A stretch of DNA of 48,335 bases. It comes from a virus (Duplodnaviria; Caudoviricetes). Position numbers and translations under genes: made by a program. Positions 27,259 to 37,360 of the stretch are shown piece by piece. The stretch spans positions 1-48,335 of IMG/VR virus record IMGVR_UViG_3300017914_002150. The stretch is one strand, 5' to 3'. Each line of letters begins with the position of its first letter. Within the stretch, counting starts at the first letter, position 1. Under the pieces are notes generated by a model, which was not told the DNA's origin, did no database searches, and saw only the letters and a list, made by a program, of their open reading frames with translations.

Positions 27259-28124
27259 TATTTAATCCACTTGTTACGCCCTCTAGCTATTTGCACTAAA
27301 TCAAACGGATGTATATCCATCATTCTCAGCTTCATGTTTTTTAACGCAGCGAATGCTTGGTTTTTAAATCTCCTTACTATGTACTCTTGTACTCCAAATT
27401 TATAGCTTACTATTTGATGCGCAATGTATTTGTATAAATAATCTTCTGCTAGTTTATTCACAGACAAATCACCCTCTTCAAGGTAAGATACTCCGTCAGT
27501 AATATATTCCATTACTACAACTTTACCTTTAACTTCAGAACTAAATCTTACAACACCGAGCTTCTTGTCTATTACATACATTCCGTTTACATTAGCTCTA
27601 GCTGGATTCATACCAAACCTTCCGCCTATTAACTCGTCTGTAACATTGTCTAAATCCTCATCAACATCGCTAGTACTGTTATTTCTTTGATCGATTTTGA
27701 TGTCCATAAACGGAGTACCTTCTTGAGCTTCACCGTCTGTATTAAATAATATATTGTAATCTTCGTCTTGTAGATATGCTTTTGCTATAGTTGTAGAGGC
27801 ATCTATCATCATGGGGTGCAACCTCCCATCGTTGTCAACCCAAGACAGTCTTACAAATTTTATAAAATCTTTTGGCAAAGTTAGCTGTAAGTCATCTGGC
27901 AATTCAAGTTCTAATACCTTAACCTCTCTTAGAGCGTCATAATGTAATTCCTGTAAACCTCTTTTAGCATGAAAGACTACATCATACCTTTTAACATTAC
28001 TTAAAGCCTTATCGTCTCCAACGTAAAAAAGATAAAAGTTGTTTATTATGTCACTAAGTTTAGTGTATTGACTACCTCCCCAGTTTGCCTCATCGCTATA
28101 ATATTGTTGATCCGTAAGTGCCAT
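27258..28124 (-). CDS. Structural ring/tail adaptor protein (288 aa)
   Basis: 'QYTKLSDIINNF...VGDDK..VKRYDVVFHAKRGLQELHYD...LPKDFI' resembles the conserved structural protein preceding the stabilisation gene in this phage group. Confidence 0.6.
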   Translation of the reverse strand: MALTDQQYYSDEANWGGSQYTKLSDIINNFYLFYVGDDKALSNVKRYDVVFHAKRGLQELHYDALREVKVLELELPDDLQLTLPKDFIKFVRLSWVDNDGRLHPMMIDASTTIAKAYLQDEDYNILFNTDGEAQEGTPFMDIKIDQRNNSTSDVDEDLDNVTDELIGGRFGMNPARANVNGMYVIDKKLGVVRFSSEVKGKVVVMEYITDGVSYLEEGDLSVNKLAEDYLYKYIAHQIVSYKFGVQEYIVRRFKNQAFAALKNMKLRMMDIHPFDLVQIARGRNKWIK

Positions 28125-28127
28125 ATA

Positions 28128-28838
28128 TTACATGTTTTCTTTTTGTGTCTCCTGTTGATCAATACCCTGAGCAACTTGCGTAATTTCTGTTTCACGAATC
28201 GTAACACCAGCTAGTTTTAATATCTCAACGACCAGCTTTGGCTCATCTTCTGGACCAAGTTCAAAGTCTTGATAGTCCAGCGCAGAACCATTAAATACTG
28301 GCTCCTCAATACTTCCGAAGTCTGTAGAATAAGTCCATTTAGGTGTTCTTAATTTTCTTATATATACAAACTCTATTTCGCCTATAATACTGTCAGGTTT
28401 AACAGTTATAAAATCATCTACATCAATATAAACTGGAAAGTTTTTGGACGGTGCTGTGAGGTTAGAATTGATTAAAAACATCTCGTGTTTTTTTTCTAAC
28501 TCCTCTATTTCCCTAGTAACATTAGCTTCTGTAAACCGCAAAGATATCAAGTGATACATATCTATTGGCTTAGAGTAATGATCATTTGCTTGTGGTACTG
28601 TTGTTTTTTTAACAAACTTTTCGATGTTCTTTCTAAGTATAGCCTCCTTATCACTATACACATCTCCACCTCTTCTGCTGTTAGTTTGTGTAACCAACCT
28701 GTTATACTCATCGAAGTAACGTGAGAATAATGTTTCTTGTGCGTGCTTTGCATATTGATTAAATTGATCTGGAGTTAGAAAACCCCTATTCTCTTTATTC
28801 AACACTGTCAAAACAGTTTGTCGTACGTGGTTGATCAT
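28128..28838 (-). CDS. Head-tail adaptor/ring protein, tail tubular protein A-like (236 aa)
   Basis: 'INHVRQTVLTVLNKENRGFLTPDQFN.YAK.AQ...YIRK.RTPKW.Y...QDFEL..EDEPKLV..IL..AGVTIRE' plus synteny. Confidence 0.65.
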   Translation of the reverse strand: MINHVRQTVLTVLNKENRGFLTPDQFNQYAKHAQETLFSRYFDEYNRLVTQTNSRRGGDVYSDKEAILRKNIEKFVKKTTVPQANDHYSKPIDMYHLISLRFTEANVTREIEELEKKHEMFLINSNLTAPSKNFPVYIDVDDFITVKPDSIIGEIEFVYIRKLRTPKWTYSTDFGSIEEPVFNGSALDYQDFELGPEDEPKLVVEILKLAGVTIRETEITQVAQGIDQQETQKENM

Positions 28839-28854
28839 GTTCTAAAACTTTACA

Positions 28855-28866
28855 CAAAAATACGAA
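28855..28866 (-). promoter_or_regulatory. -7 promoter TTCG-TATTTTTG immediately after a terminator
   Basis: TAnnTTTG at 28855-28862, 16 nt upstream of the ATG at 28838. Confidence 0.6.
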
Positions 28867-28898
28867 AAAAGGGAAGGCACATTTAGCACCCTCCCTTT
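28865..28898 (-). terminator. Intrinsic terminator after the capsid operon
   Basis: AAAGGGAGGGTGC-TAAAT-GTGCCTTCCCTTT followed by TTT. Confidence 0.8.
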
Positions 28899-28920
28899 GC
28901 ATTCATTATATAATGTATTA

Positions 28921-29679
28921 CTAAAGCTTGTTAGTTATGCCTTGTAAAACATCATTACCATCATCAGTTTTAAAGAAAGTTGCTAAAGCAGAAAATACAT
29001 TTTCTCCGAATGGAACTGTAATGATTTTTTCTTTGCTTTTGTCATTCCAAAAAACCGTTCTGTTATCTTTAGATATTCCTATAATACCGAATTCGTGAGC
29101 ACGAACAGCAATGTTTCTTAGCTTAATGTTATCATCGTTAGCTAAAGAAATAAACTCTTCTGGTTCGTTTTTAGCATACATAAGCATGTCTCTACGTATT
29201 TCGCTTGACGTCATGCTATTAACACGTGACTTGAACACAGATCTTGCGATAGCTTCTAAATCACTAATATCCATGTCACGAACCATATTAAGAGCGTCTA
29301 ATACGTTAAACTCATCTTCCAGGTCTTCTGTTGCGTCTTGTTCCGCATCAAACTCAAAATAAAGCTTATTAAGTTGTGGGTGGTATATAGAAAGAAATTG
29401 TTGCTTTACAACATCTTCTTTAGGCACCTCAAGTTTTCCGTCTAAAAAAGTAATTCTACCTATAATAACATCACCTTGCTGTTCATCCATAAAAACAGAA
29501 CTTTGATTGGTTGCATAACGTAAAGGTCTTTGCATTTTCCCGTCAAAGTATTGCAGTGGATGATTTCTAGAGTGCTTGGAATTTATAGTGTAGGATACAG
29601 GTGTTCCGCTTGTTTTAAGAATATATACACGATCCTTATTTTCCCATTTAGGCTTGGCAGCCGTAGTTCTTTTTGCCAT
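28921..29679 (-). CDS. Conserved hypothetical protein downstream of the major capsid gene (252 aa)
   Basis: 'WENKDRVYILK...LRYATNQSSVFMDEQ...FLSIYHP...TSSEIRRD...VPFGEN'; recalled at this position in related phages; function unknown. Confidence 0.6.
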   Translation of the reverse strand: MAKRTTAAKPKWENKDRVYILKTSGTPVSYTINSKHSRNHPLQYFDGKMQRPLRYATNQSSVFMDEQQGDVIIGRITFLDGKLEVPKEDVVKQQFLSIYHPQLNKLYFEFDAEQDATEDLEDEFNVLDALNMVRDMDISDLEAIARSVFKSRVNSMTSSEIRRDMLMYAKNEPEEFISLANDDNIKLRNIAVRAHEFGIIGISKDNRTVFWNDKSKEKIITVPFGENVFSALATFFKTDDGNDVLQGITNKL

Positions 29680-29700
29680 TTTATTAAGATTTAATTATAT

Positions 29701-29733
29701 TAAAATAAGGGGGACAGAAATACCATCCCCCTT
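29701..29733 (-). terminator. Hairpin after the major capsid gene (leaky terminator or stabiliser)
   Basis: AAGGGGGATGG-TATTT-CTGTCCCCCTT followed by an interrupted tail ATTTTAAT. Confidence 0.65.
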
Positions 29734-29741
29734 GATAAATA

Positions 29742-31085
29742 TTACTTCATTAAGATAAAGTTGTTTGCTCCATGTACACAAAGAGCTCTTTCGCTTAAGA
29801 AGTGTACTTGCATAGCGTCTAAATCACTAGTAGCAGCACCACCAGCAGATCCAGTCACCCAAGACTTGTACTTACGATCTTCAGCCTCGTTCTTACGATA
29901 ACGTACGTTCAAGAAAGGAAGAGTTGCATTACGTCCCATTACTTGGTCATAGATTGAAGTTGTTCCAGCAGGTACAAGTACACCGTCAATTGAACCAACT
30001 AATCCACCAGTTACAGGATCGTTTAAGTATTTCCAGTCTGTTTTGTAGAAGTCATAACCTAAGTTGAATCCTTTGAATCCAAGGTTTAATGCCATGTCTT
30101 CTTCGTTGTCAAACAAACCATAAGATGCAGTAGAAGCACCAGAGTTATTCTGTGCAGCTAATACAGTATCAATCTCGAAAGACTTAGTACGATTCACAAA
30201 CATTACGTTTTCTTGAATAGCACCTTCTTTATCAAGAACTTTAATTAACTCTTCGATATCATCTCTGCTATCGATAGAACCAGATGAGATGTTACCTCTG
30301 TTTTCTAGCTCATAGAATAAACCTTTAGTTCCTTCGAATCCTTCGTCATCAGCTCCTGAACTTGCAGCAGCAGGTACACCTTCAATTAAAGAAAGCTCTA
30401 GATAGTCTTCGTAACGTAAACGTGTTTCGCTTTCAGACTTAAGATACCATAAGTAACCTGAAGATTGCTCATCAGAATACTCAATCCATCCAATCTGTGC
30501 CATATCTGATCCATTTACTTCATACTTATCTTTGATGATAATAGGAGTAGTAGACAAGATATCTTTAGGAGCTTCTAAGCTTCCTTTCATTCCAGCAGTT
30601 CCTTTTTTAAACTCAGAACCGTATGCAAACACTTTTAATCCAGTTGTTGCCATTGCGGTATCAATAGCCGAATTTTCATAAGAAGCAACAGCAAAAGTAT
30701 TAGCAGTTAAATCAGCATCATCAAGGATAATACCTTTCTCAGTAGTTCCGTCACCGTCAATAATGATAACAGTTTGTCCTGCACGGAAAGGGTGTCCTGT
30801 AGAAGTGATTACATCAGCAGCACGTGTTGCTCCTGTTACAGCTAAGTGTAAACGTCCTTGCTCTGTCCATTGGATAACGTCAGATGCAAAAGGCATTTCT
30901 GCGCCTACTTGGCGTAAGAAAGATGATACAGTACGATTCCCGTACTTCTCAAATTCTTTTTCATATAGTTCAGGTAAATACTGAGAGGTAAACTCAATAT
31001 TTGACCCTAGGTAATTTGTCGACAATGTCGATTTGGTTGGAGCTGGTGTTAACGCACCACCTACACCAGTAAATGTTAAAGCCAT
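29742..31085 (-). CDS. Major capsid protein (447 aa)
   Basis: 'QYLPELYEKEFEKYGNRTVSSFLR.VGAEMP..SD...WTEQGRLH', 'GSEFKKGT', 'GYDFYKTDWKYLND' and 'DAMQVHFLSER.L...GANNF'; follows portal and scaffold; followed by a hairpin. Confidence 0.88.
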   Translation of the reverse strand: MALTFTGVGGALTPAPTKSTLSTNYLGSNIEFTSQYLPELYEKEFEKYGNRTVSSFLRQVGAEMPFASDVIQWTEQGRLHLAVTGATRAADVITSTGHPFRAGQTVIIIDGDGTTEKGIILDDADLTANTFAVASYENSAIDTAMATTGLKVFAYGSEFKKGTAGMKGSLEAPKDILSTTPIIIKDKYEVNGSDMAQIGWIEYSDEQSSGYLWYLKSESETRLRYEDYLELSLIEGVPAAASSGADDEGFEGTKGLFYELENRGNISSGSIDSRDDIEELIKVLDKEGAIQENVMFVNRTKSFEIDTVLAAQNNSGASTASYGLFDNEEDMALNLGFKGFNLGYDFYKTDWKYLNDPVTGGLVGSIDGVLVPAGTTSIYDQVMGRNATLPFLNVRYRKNEAEDRKYKSWVTGSAGGAATSDLDAMQVHFLSERALCVHGANNFILMK

Positions 31086-31105
31086 TTTCTAATTTTTTTT
31101 ATGGG

Positions 31106-32329
31106 TTATCTTTTTCTAAATTTGAGCCCACTAGAAAAGGTATCACCTGAGTCTAATATTTTAAAGTTTGATCCTTTATTTTGCGTATCCTTATTATCTC
31201 TCACAGACATGTCAATGTTCTTTGTCTCCTGTACAATTCCTTTTGTTGCATCAGACAATCCTTGTTGATAAGCTAATTTAGCTATTAAGTCAGGATTATT
31301 CATTGCGAATGCAGCTTTATGGAATTTCATACCATCACCCAAAGCACCTGTTTCTTTGTCTAAAAAATTATTAAGCATACTATTTATATCCGACTGAGAT
31401 GATTTTACATTATCAACGTTTGTTACTTTAAACAACAACTTTTTATCACCTACGTTAAACTCAAAACCTTTGAATTCTTGGTTAAAAACGTTGTCTGTTT
31501 TTTCACGGAAAATCTTTTGATATTCCTGTTGCAGTTGATTCTGCTTTTCTGTGTTCTCTTTATATTCAGTATAAAAGCTAACAGCTTCTTTAATATCAGC
31601 AGATAATGGAGCTCCATCGCTTGACCCAAGGGGAACTTTGTACTTTTCTGCTATAGTATTTAAATGCTGCTTTGCCTTGTACACTTCGTCTTTAAAAGCT
31701 ATCTTCTTTTTTCTTACTTCTTTCTCGTCATCATGTTCCTCGTCATAAGAGTAGTTTTCTGACAATAGATAGCTTATGTCTTCAGCTGATAGATGTGGTT
31801 TTGTTTCTTTGTAGTACTCTGTTAGAGCCTCTACATCAGACAGAGAATCAATATCTCTCTGTGCCATAAGAAAATCTTGAAGTCCTCTTCCAGTTTCTTT
31901 TTGGAATTCCAAGAACTTCTTCACATCATCCGTCAGCTCAATGCTTTCAGATTTTTCATTATTTGTAAGAACGTCTTTTAACGATTGACTCTCTACGTTA
32001 TACCTTTCTTTTAGTACACTAAGAATATCATCATCCGTTAATTCTTTATCAGGTTGAGAGCTCTGTTTATTATCATCAACCTCTTCAGCAACTTCCGAAA
32101 CTTGTATCTCAGGTTCTTCTTCTTGCTGTGTATTTTCTTGAGTAGCACTATCAACTTCGTCTACCTTTACTTCTTCTTGCTTTTGGCTTTCGACTTCGCT
32201 TTCGTTTTGGTCATTTTGCCCTTCATTTTCGATTTGTTCTTCCCGTACATTTTCTTCTTTTTTCTGGTACTCTATAGGATCACCATTGTCATCCAAAGGA
32301 GTTAGTTTGAAATCTAATTCTTCTGCCAT
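31106..32329 (-). CDS. Putative capsid scaffolding protein (407 aa)
   Basis: Very acidic disordered N-terminus and helical body with 'FLEFQKETGRGLQDF' and 'FNQEFKGFEFNVGDK'; lies between portal and MCP. Confidence 0.7.
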   Translation of the reverse strand: MAEELDFKLTPLDDNGDPIEYQKKEENVREEQIENEGQNDQNESEVESQKQEEVKVDEVDSATQENTQQEEEPEIQVSEVAEEVDDNKQSSQPDKELTDDDILSVLKERYNVESQSLKDVLTNNEKSESIELTDDVKKFLEFQKETGRGLQDFLMAQRDIDSLSDVEALTEYYKETKPHLSAEDISYLLSENYSYDEEHDDEKEVRKKKIAFKDEVYKAKQHLNTIAEKYKVPLGSSDGAPLSADIKEAVSFYTEYKENTEKQNQLQQEYQKIFREKTDNVFNQEFKGFEFNVGDKKLLFKVTNVDNVKSSQSDINSMLNNFLDKETGALGDGMKFHKAAFAMNNPDLIAKLAYQQGLSDATKGIVQETKNIDMSVRDNKDTQNKGSNFKILDSGDTFSSGLKFRKR

Positions 32330-32361
32330 TTTAACTGTATTATATTAAGGTATATTTATTG

Positions 32362-32373
32362 CAAAGGTACGAA
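32362..32373 (-). promoter_or_regulatory. -7 promoter TTCG-TACCTTTG for scaffold and MCP
   Basis: TAnnTTTG in the 47-nt portal/scaffold gap, 32 nt upstream of the ATG at 32329. Confidence 0.7.
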
Positions 32374-32376
32374 CAA

Positions 32377-34797
32377 TTATTGTCCCATAAGTCCCTGAAT
32401 ACCAGAGCCTAACGAATCTTGTCCATCAAAGTCTATTGGATCGAGATCTTGCGTTCTTTGCTGTATAAGTTTGGATTGCTGAGAAGCTTGTTTTTCTGTT
32501 CTTTTATCTTTACGATCTTCTTTGTAAGCTTCTTTTGATAGTTGTGTGGCTACGTCTGTAGCTTGCCTTTGATTATTTATCTCGCCTTGCTTTTCTAGTA
32601 AGGTTAATTTATGCTGAAGCTCTCTGTCCATTTTCTGTATTTCGAACTGAGCTTTCATCTCTATTATTTTAGCTTCCATCTCTAGCTCTCTCATTCTGCC
32701 TTCTTGCTTTTTTGCTTCGGCTGCCATCTGAGCTTGTTGATTTGCTTGCGCCTGCAAAGCCATGTTCTCTTGCTGCTTTTTCTGATCGCTTCTTTCTTTA
32801 CGTCTTTTGCGAACCTTAAGTAGTTGTGAAGCTATTTTTACGTTCTTAACACTTCTTACATCTATAACATCGTCTATATCAACTTTACCAGCACTTAATG
32901 CAGCCTGTATATTTGCTTCCAGTGCTTGCTTTTCTTCTTCGTCTGGATGTAACTCTATAAATATACCAAAGTCGTGTAAATGCAACTCCTTAATTTCTTC
33001 CATTAGCTCAACACTAGACTGACCTATTGACTTAACAAAGTCATCTCTAAAGTCTGAGTATTCAAGTACATCAGATATTCTGTATGCAACACACTCTGCT
33101 AGTCTCTCTGTAGTAAACAATCCTGAGTGTAATACGTGTCTTGTTGCCGTATTACTATTAAGAGCAGCAATCTTTTGCACACCAACTAAAGAATCTGGAT
33201 CAGGCATGCTGCCGTCTCTAGCCTCATTTAAACCTGTAACGCCTCTTAATACATTCAGGTTGTGATTGTACATATTTATAAGTGTAGATATTTTATTATT
33301 AGCTCCACTAGACGTAAGTTCTTGTACAGGAATTTTGCCATGATTGAATTCACCCTCTTCATTGGTGCTCCTACCAATAACAGTACCTGTTTGGAAAAAC
33401 AAGTTAAGTGCCTCTTGAGGCGTGTAAGTCGCACCATTTCCTAAGTTTATTGAAGATAATCCGTCAACATCTAAGTATACACCATCTGGTATCATTTTAG
33501 ATGTTACTTGCTGTAATTTTAAGTGAGTTAGCTGTATTTGATCAGCGAATGGAATCATTCTTTTCACTAGAGAGTCTATCTGTCCTCTGTACATTTTTGG
33601 CGCACTGACAATGTAAGGAGCGTACACCTTTTGTACCGCTGACTTCGGTCTCACCATGTTTTTCATTAATTCCCATTTCAGAATGTAGTGTGTGTTTAAC
33701 ACAAGTACACCTTCGTACCATACGTCAATTTTTTTAGAAAGTTTCTCAAATCTTGCTTGATCTGTTTTTGGTGCATCAAATTGATCGTCTTTCTTTAACA
33801 CCTTATCTCCTCCGTAGGCGTTTTTCTTTTTCTTGTATACGATACTCTTGTCAGTCTTATAACAGAAATATAATAATGTTACTGTACTCTTGTCAAAGTT
33901 ATCAGTGTTAAATGTGTGTCTTATACCAGGATACACATCGGCCTTTGACGAAAGCTTTGCAATTTCCTCTAATTGCTCCTTACTTAATGAAGGATCTATT
34001 TTTTTTAGCTCACTAATGTTTACGTTTTTTACCTCACCAAAATAATAACAGTCTTGAAACCTTGGATCCTCCGTAGGACTCCATATTAGATTTTGTGGAT
34101 CAACGTACTCTATTTTAATTCCGTCATGTAGATTAAAAGAATGTTTAACAGCAGATATCCCTAAAACGGTTTGGTCTGTGTCAACTCTATTTTTAATCTG
34201 ATCATAGTTATTTATTTTGAATACAGTTTCAATAGATTTTTCTTGAGCTATTTCTATATCATCCTTGTATTCAGTTACCATATGTAACTCTAATTCATCA
34301 TCGCTTTCTGGTAAGTTTTCTGGATCTTGTGTAAACATCTTTGCTCCAAGAACAGACTCCATTTCCATAAAGTCATCTTTGTTACTCATTTCTGTAGCAA
34401 CTCTATTCTTGTATACTGCCTTTTTGTTTGATGAAACAGGATCTACGGCTTCTGCTCTAACATCATATAATCTGTCAGACATACCATTAACTACTATGTC
34501 AACAAACTTAGGTATGATTGGCACAGGCGTCCAATCTAGGTTTAGATAAGATATATCACCATTAACCCCTAATTCGTCTTTGTATTTTTTTACGGACTGC
34601 TCGCCCATGGCATATTGCCTTAGCCTATGATAACCATCTCTGTTGTTCACAAACCTAGATGTACCAGAGCTTTTTCTAAACCACTCTTCCTCTATAGCAC
34701 GTCCCACACGTAGCCCAAATTCCTTGGATTGCTTGCTTGCATCAGATACAAGAGGATCGGGGATACCGACAGCCATGCGGTGTTTAGTTCCGTTCAT
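32377..34797 (-). CDS. Portal protein (806 aa)
   Basis: 'YHRLRQYAMGEQSVKKYKDEL...SYLNLDWTPVPIIPKFVDIVVNG', 'RMIPFADQIQLTHLKLQQV' and 'TGLNEARDGS'; C-terminal coiled coil; follows terL. Confidence 0.88.
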   Translation of the reverse strand: MNGTKHRMAVGIPDPLVSDASKQSKEFGLRVGRAIEEEWFRKSSGTSRFVNNRDGYHRLRQYAMGEQSVKKYKDELGVNGDISYLNLDWTPVPIIPKFVDIVVNGMSDRLYDVRAEAVDPVSSNKKAVYKNRVATEMSNKDDFMEMESVLGAKMFTQDPENLPESDDELELHMVTEYKDDIEIAQEKSIETVFKINNYDQIKNRVDTDQTVLGISAVKHSFNLHDGIKIEYVDPQNLIWSPTEDPRFQDCYYFGEVKNVNISELKKIDPSLSKEQLEEIAKLSSKADVYPGIRHTFNTDNFDKSTVTLLYFCYKTDKSIVYKKKKNAYGGDKVLKKDDQFDAPKTDQARFEKLSKKIDVWYEGVLVLNTHYILKWELMKNMVRPKSAVQKVYAPYIVSAPKMYRGQIDSLVKRMIPFADQIQLTHLKLQQVTSKMIPDGVYLDVDGLSSINLGNGATYTPQEALNLFFQTGTVIGRSTNEEGEFNHGKIPVQELTSSGANNKISTLINMYNHNLNVLRGVTGLNEARDGSMPDPDSLVGVQKIAALNSNTATRHVLHSGLFTTERLAECVAYRISDVLEYSDFRDDFVKSIGQSSVELMEEIKELHLHDFGIFIELHPDEEEKQALEANIQAALSAGKVDIDDVIDVRSVKNVKIASQLLKVRKRRKERSDQKKQQENMALQAQANQQAQMAAEAKKQEGRMRELEMEAKIIEMKAQFEIQKMDRELQHKLTLLEKQGEINNQRQATDVATQLSKEAYKEDRKDKRTEKQASQQSKLIQQRTQDLDPIDFDGQDSLGSGIQGLMGQ

Positions 34798-34800
34798 ACT

Positions 34801-36987
34801 CTATATAATTGTACTTTGTCGACCTTTATTATCGTACTTTGCAAAGGTAAGGTTTATTTCGTTATTGTTTTTCACAGGTTTGACAACATACTTGTTATTA
34901 GCCATTATTGCTAGGCCCGAACTAACAGTCGCATCAAACTTTGTTCTTTTATTAATATCGTAATTAGCCCAGTCCAATAATGTTCTGTTAAAATACATTT
35001 TACCCTCTCTGTCTCCTGGATATCCAACGTGGTCATTTATATAAGATTCTATAGCTTCTGCGTGTATGGATATAACTGAAACAGATGACGGTATGCCACC
35101 TAATTCTTTTTCGGACTTAGATAAATCCATCTTGCTTTTATCGGGTCTTGATATTGAAAATGCACGATATCCTCTGTTTTTCAAATAATATAATAACCGT
35201 GGCTTATTGTTTTCCACTAGTATTGGCATTCCGTAAAAATGTAAAGACATAAGCACATTTTCATAAAACACTTCGGCTGTTTGTGGACGAGAAATGTACT
35301 CTAAGAAAAATATATCTGAAGGAGCCTCTAGATTCATTTTTGTCAAACCGTGTAATGCACCCTTAGATCCACCACCTCCCACTACTCCAGATATATCATA
35401 AGAGTCACAACCAAAGCTCCCTAGGTGTTCGTTTCCTGGAAAGTATTTACCATTTTTCTTTTGAACATTGTTTCTTAACTCAAGACTAGGCAACCACGTG
35501 ACGTGAAAAGCCCCATTAGGGTCTGGTGTCCATATAACTTCTGTATCTCTTACGCCATTACGCCAAGAAAAGTTCCCTCTCTGTATAACACGTTGAGCTT
35601 CTAGAGTATCATTATAATCTATTTGTTCGTATATCCTAGTCAAATTAAATAAACTATTCTGTGCTTCGTCTCTAAATGCGTGATTTTCTGTCCTTGGAAA
35701 TTGCCTGTAAAATTCGTTTAAGGCATCAGGATCGTTTTTAAGAGACTCTACTTCGTTTTGCCAGTAATCGAGAACACCCTGATATATATATTGATCCTGA
35801 TTGTCTAATACAGGATTTTCTGGCGTGTAAAAAACTGGATATCCAAACCTGTCTAAAAACCCCTCCATGTTCCATTCCATCGGTATGAAGAGAGAATACA
35901 TTCCGCTTTTAGTTTGACCATTTGCGTTACGCTCTAAGACATTAGAGTCGTCATATAGTTTTTTAAAATTCTCACCACCCTTGTCTCTAGCGTTACATGT
36001 AGAGCCCATCATACATTTACCTATGATTTTTCTACCTAACCTTAAAGTAGTTTTAGTTACTCTCCAGTTGTTAAGTATGTTATCTGGCCTTTCCCACTTA
36101 CCACTTTCATCATGCACCAACAGTTTAAGTTTTTCTCCATCATAACTATTGTCGCCTGTGTTTTTCCAGTCTATTGTGGTATCGAGACCAGTAAGGTCAT
36201 CCCTGTCGTCCCGCTCGATACTTTTTCGTGTAAGCTTAGAGGCAGGCACCCTGTAGGCAAGTTCTGTTTTTGGTCTATCCATACCGTCTTGGATAGGCTT
36301 AAAAAAGAAGGGGTAATTTTTGGATATTGGCACAACCTTGTCTGTGAACATTTTCTTTGCATCAGCACCAGTCTTTGACAAGATACCAAACCTGGCGTCT
36401 GAGGTGATTGTGGCTTGATTGACTGATTCTGCGCTTGACATGAATGAGAAACCAGACCGTCTGTTCTTAAGATAGCACATTCCGTATGACCTTTCATCCG
36501 CCTTACATGCTTCCCAGAAGATAAAAAAGATTCTGTTTGATTCCCTATACTCTGGATGTCCGACATCGATTTTGGTCCACTGCAAGTACATGTAATGAGT
36601 GCCAGTGATATAAGTAGGATTACCGTTGTTTTTAAACCAGTAACCATTTTCTCTTCTTTCGAACTCATTCTCAATGTAATCAACCCATGACTCCTTGAAT
36701 GCAGATGTGTACTCATTCCACTGGAATATGGTCGAAATTTTTTTAAGTTCTGTTGGTATTGGTTTTGCTTCCCAGAATTGCTCGTTAACCTTTTCACTTC
36801 TTTGATAGACGTTTTCAGGCTGCAAAGGTAATGCTATTTTTAGGTTTTGTATTTCTACTACTTCACCTATTTGACCAGTTTTTCCAATGACAACGACATC
36901 ATGTTCAGGGTTGTATCCATACTTCCACGCTTTGTCTTTGTTTAGTTTGTCTATCACCTTTTTATCAATGTGATTGACAACCATCAT
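34801..36987 (-). CDS. terL: Terminase large subunit (likely start ATG 36987, 728 aa)
   Basis: Walker A-like LKNRRSGFS, Walker B LLVHDESGKW, coupling motif MMGST, nuclease FGCDSYD...KFDATVSSG. The start 4 nt after the terS stop is preferred to 37074. Confidence 0.92.
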   Translation of the reverse strand: MMVVNHIDKKVIDKLNKDKAWKYGYNPEHDVVVIGKTGQIGEVVEIQNLKIALPLQPENVYQRSEKVNEQFWEAKPIPTELKKISTIFQWNEYTSAFKESWVDYIENEFERRENGYWFKNNGNPTYITGTHYMYLQWTKIDVGHPEYRESNRIFFIFWEACKADERSYGMCYLKNRRSGFSFMSSAESVNQATITSDARFGILSKTGADAKKMFTDKVVPISKNYPFFFKPIQDGMDRPKTELAYRVPASKLTRKSIERDDRDDLTGLDTTIDWKNTGDNSYDGEKLKLLVHDESGKWERPDNILNNWRVTKTTLRLGRKIIGKCMMGSTCNARDKGGENFKKLYDDSNVLERNANGQTKSGMYSLFIPMEWNMEGFLDRFGYPVFYTPENPVLDNQDQYIYQGVLDYWQNEVESLKNDPDALNEFYRQFPRTENHAFRDEAQNSLFNLTRIYEQIDYNDTLEAQRVIQRGNFSWRNGVRDTEVIWTPDPNGAFHVTWLPSLELRNNVQKKNGKYFPGNEHLGSFGCDSYDISGVVGGGGSKGALHGLTKMNLEAPSDIFFLEYISRPQTAEVFYENVLMSLHFYGMPILVENNKPRLLYYLKNRGYRAFSISRPDKSKMDLSKSEKELGGIPSSVSVISIHAEAIESYINDHVGYPGDREGKMYFNRTLLDWANYDINKRTKFDATVSSGLAIMANNKYVVKPVKNNNEINLTFAKYDNKGRQSTII
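34842..34849 (-). promoter_or_regulatory. Candidate internal -7 promoter (TACCTTTG) in the 3' end of terL, upstream of portal
   Basis: TAnnTTTG-CA 44 nt upstream of the portal ATG. Confidence 0.45.
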
Positions 36988-36991
36988 AAGG

Positions 36992-37291
36992 TCAAGTTTT
37001 TCTTCCTCTTGACTCTGCGAAGCTTTGGAATCCTGTATCTTTTCCTTTACTTTCTTTAGACTCTGTCTCGCCATTGAGTTTATCTCTTTCGTTCTCTATC
37101 CTCTGCAATATCTCAAAAGCATCAAATATTGCTAATTTCTTTGTTGCTGCTGCATTCTTTAATCTATCAGCTGCAAGGTCATCATCTGGATGTCCAGTTA
37201 TAATACTCTCTTCAGCAACCTTAATAAGCTCTTCTACTGCCTTTTCACCAGCAGAAATGACTCTAGATATAGTCTCTTTAGTATCGCTCAT
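36992..37291 (-). CDS. Putative terminase small subunit (99 aa)
   Basis: Helical 'AGEKAVEELIKVAEE.I...LAADRLKNAAATKKLAIFDAFEILQRIE...FAE' gene directly upstream of terL. Confidence 0.6.
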   Translation of the reverse strand: MSDTKETISRVISAGEKAVEELIKVAEESIITGHPDDDLAADRLKNAAATKKLAIFDAFEILQRIENERDKLNGETESKESKGKDTGFQSFAESRGRKT

Positions 37292-37355
37292 TAGTATAAA
37301 CGTATGTATATTCTAAATCTTCCCAAGTTGAGGTAGACACCCAATAATTATCCAT
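37278..37355 (-). CDS. Small ORF MDNYWVSTSTWEDLEYTYVYTNERY (25 aa), not in the ORF track
   Basis: ATG 5 nt after the preceding stop; overlaps the terS start by 14 nt; tiles the gap. Confidence 0.45.
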   Translation of the reverse strand: MDNYWVSTSTWEDLEYTYVYTNERY

Positions 37356-37360
37356 ATAAA

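Noticed and set aside
36171-36797. 208-aa alternative-frame ORF inside terL
   Set aside because: It is nested in the highly conserved ATPase region, has no recognisable motif, and is probably a chance open frame.
36988-37074. N-terminal 29 aa of the 757-aa terL ORF
   Set aside because: It overlaps terS by 83 nt; the ATG at 36987 just after the terS stop is more plausible.
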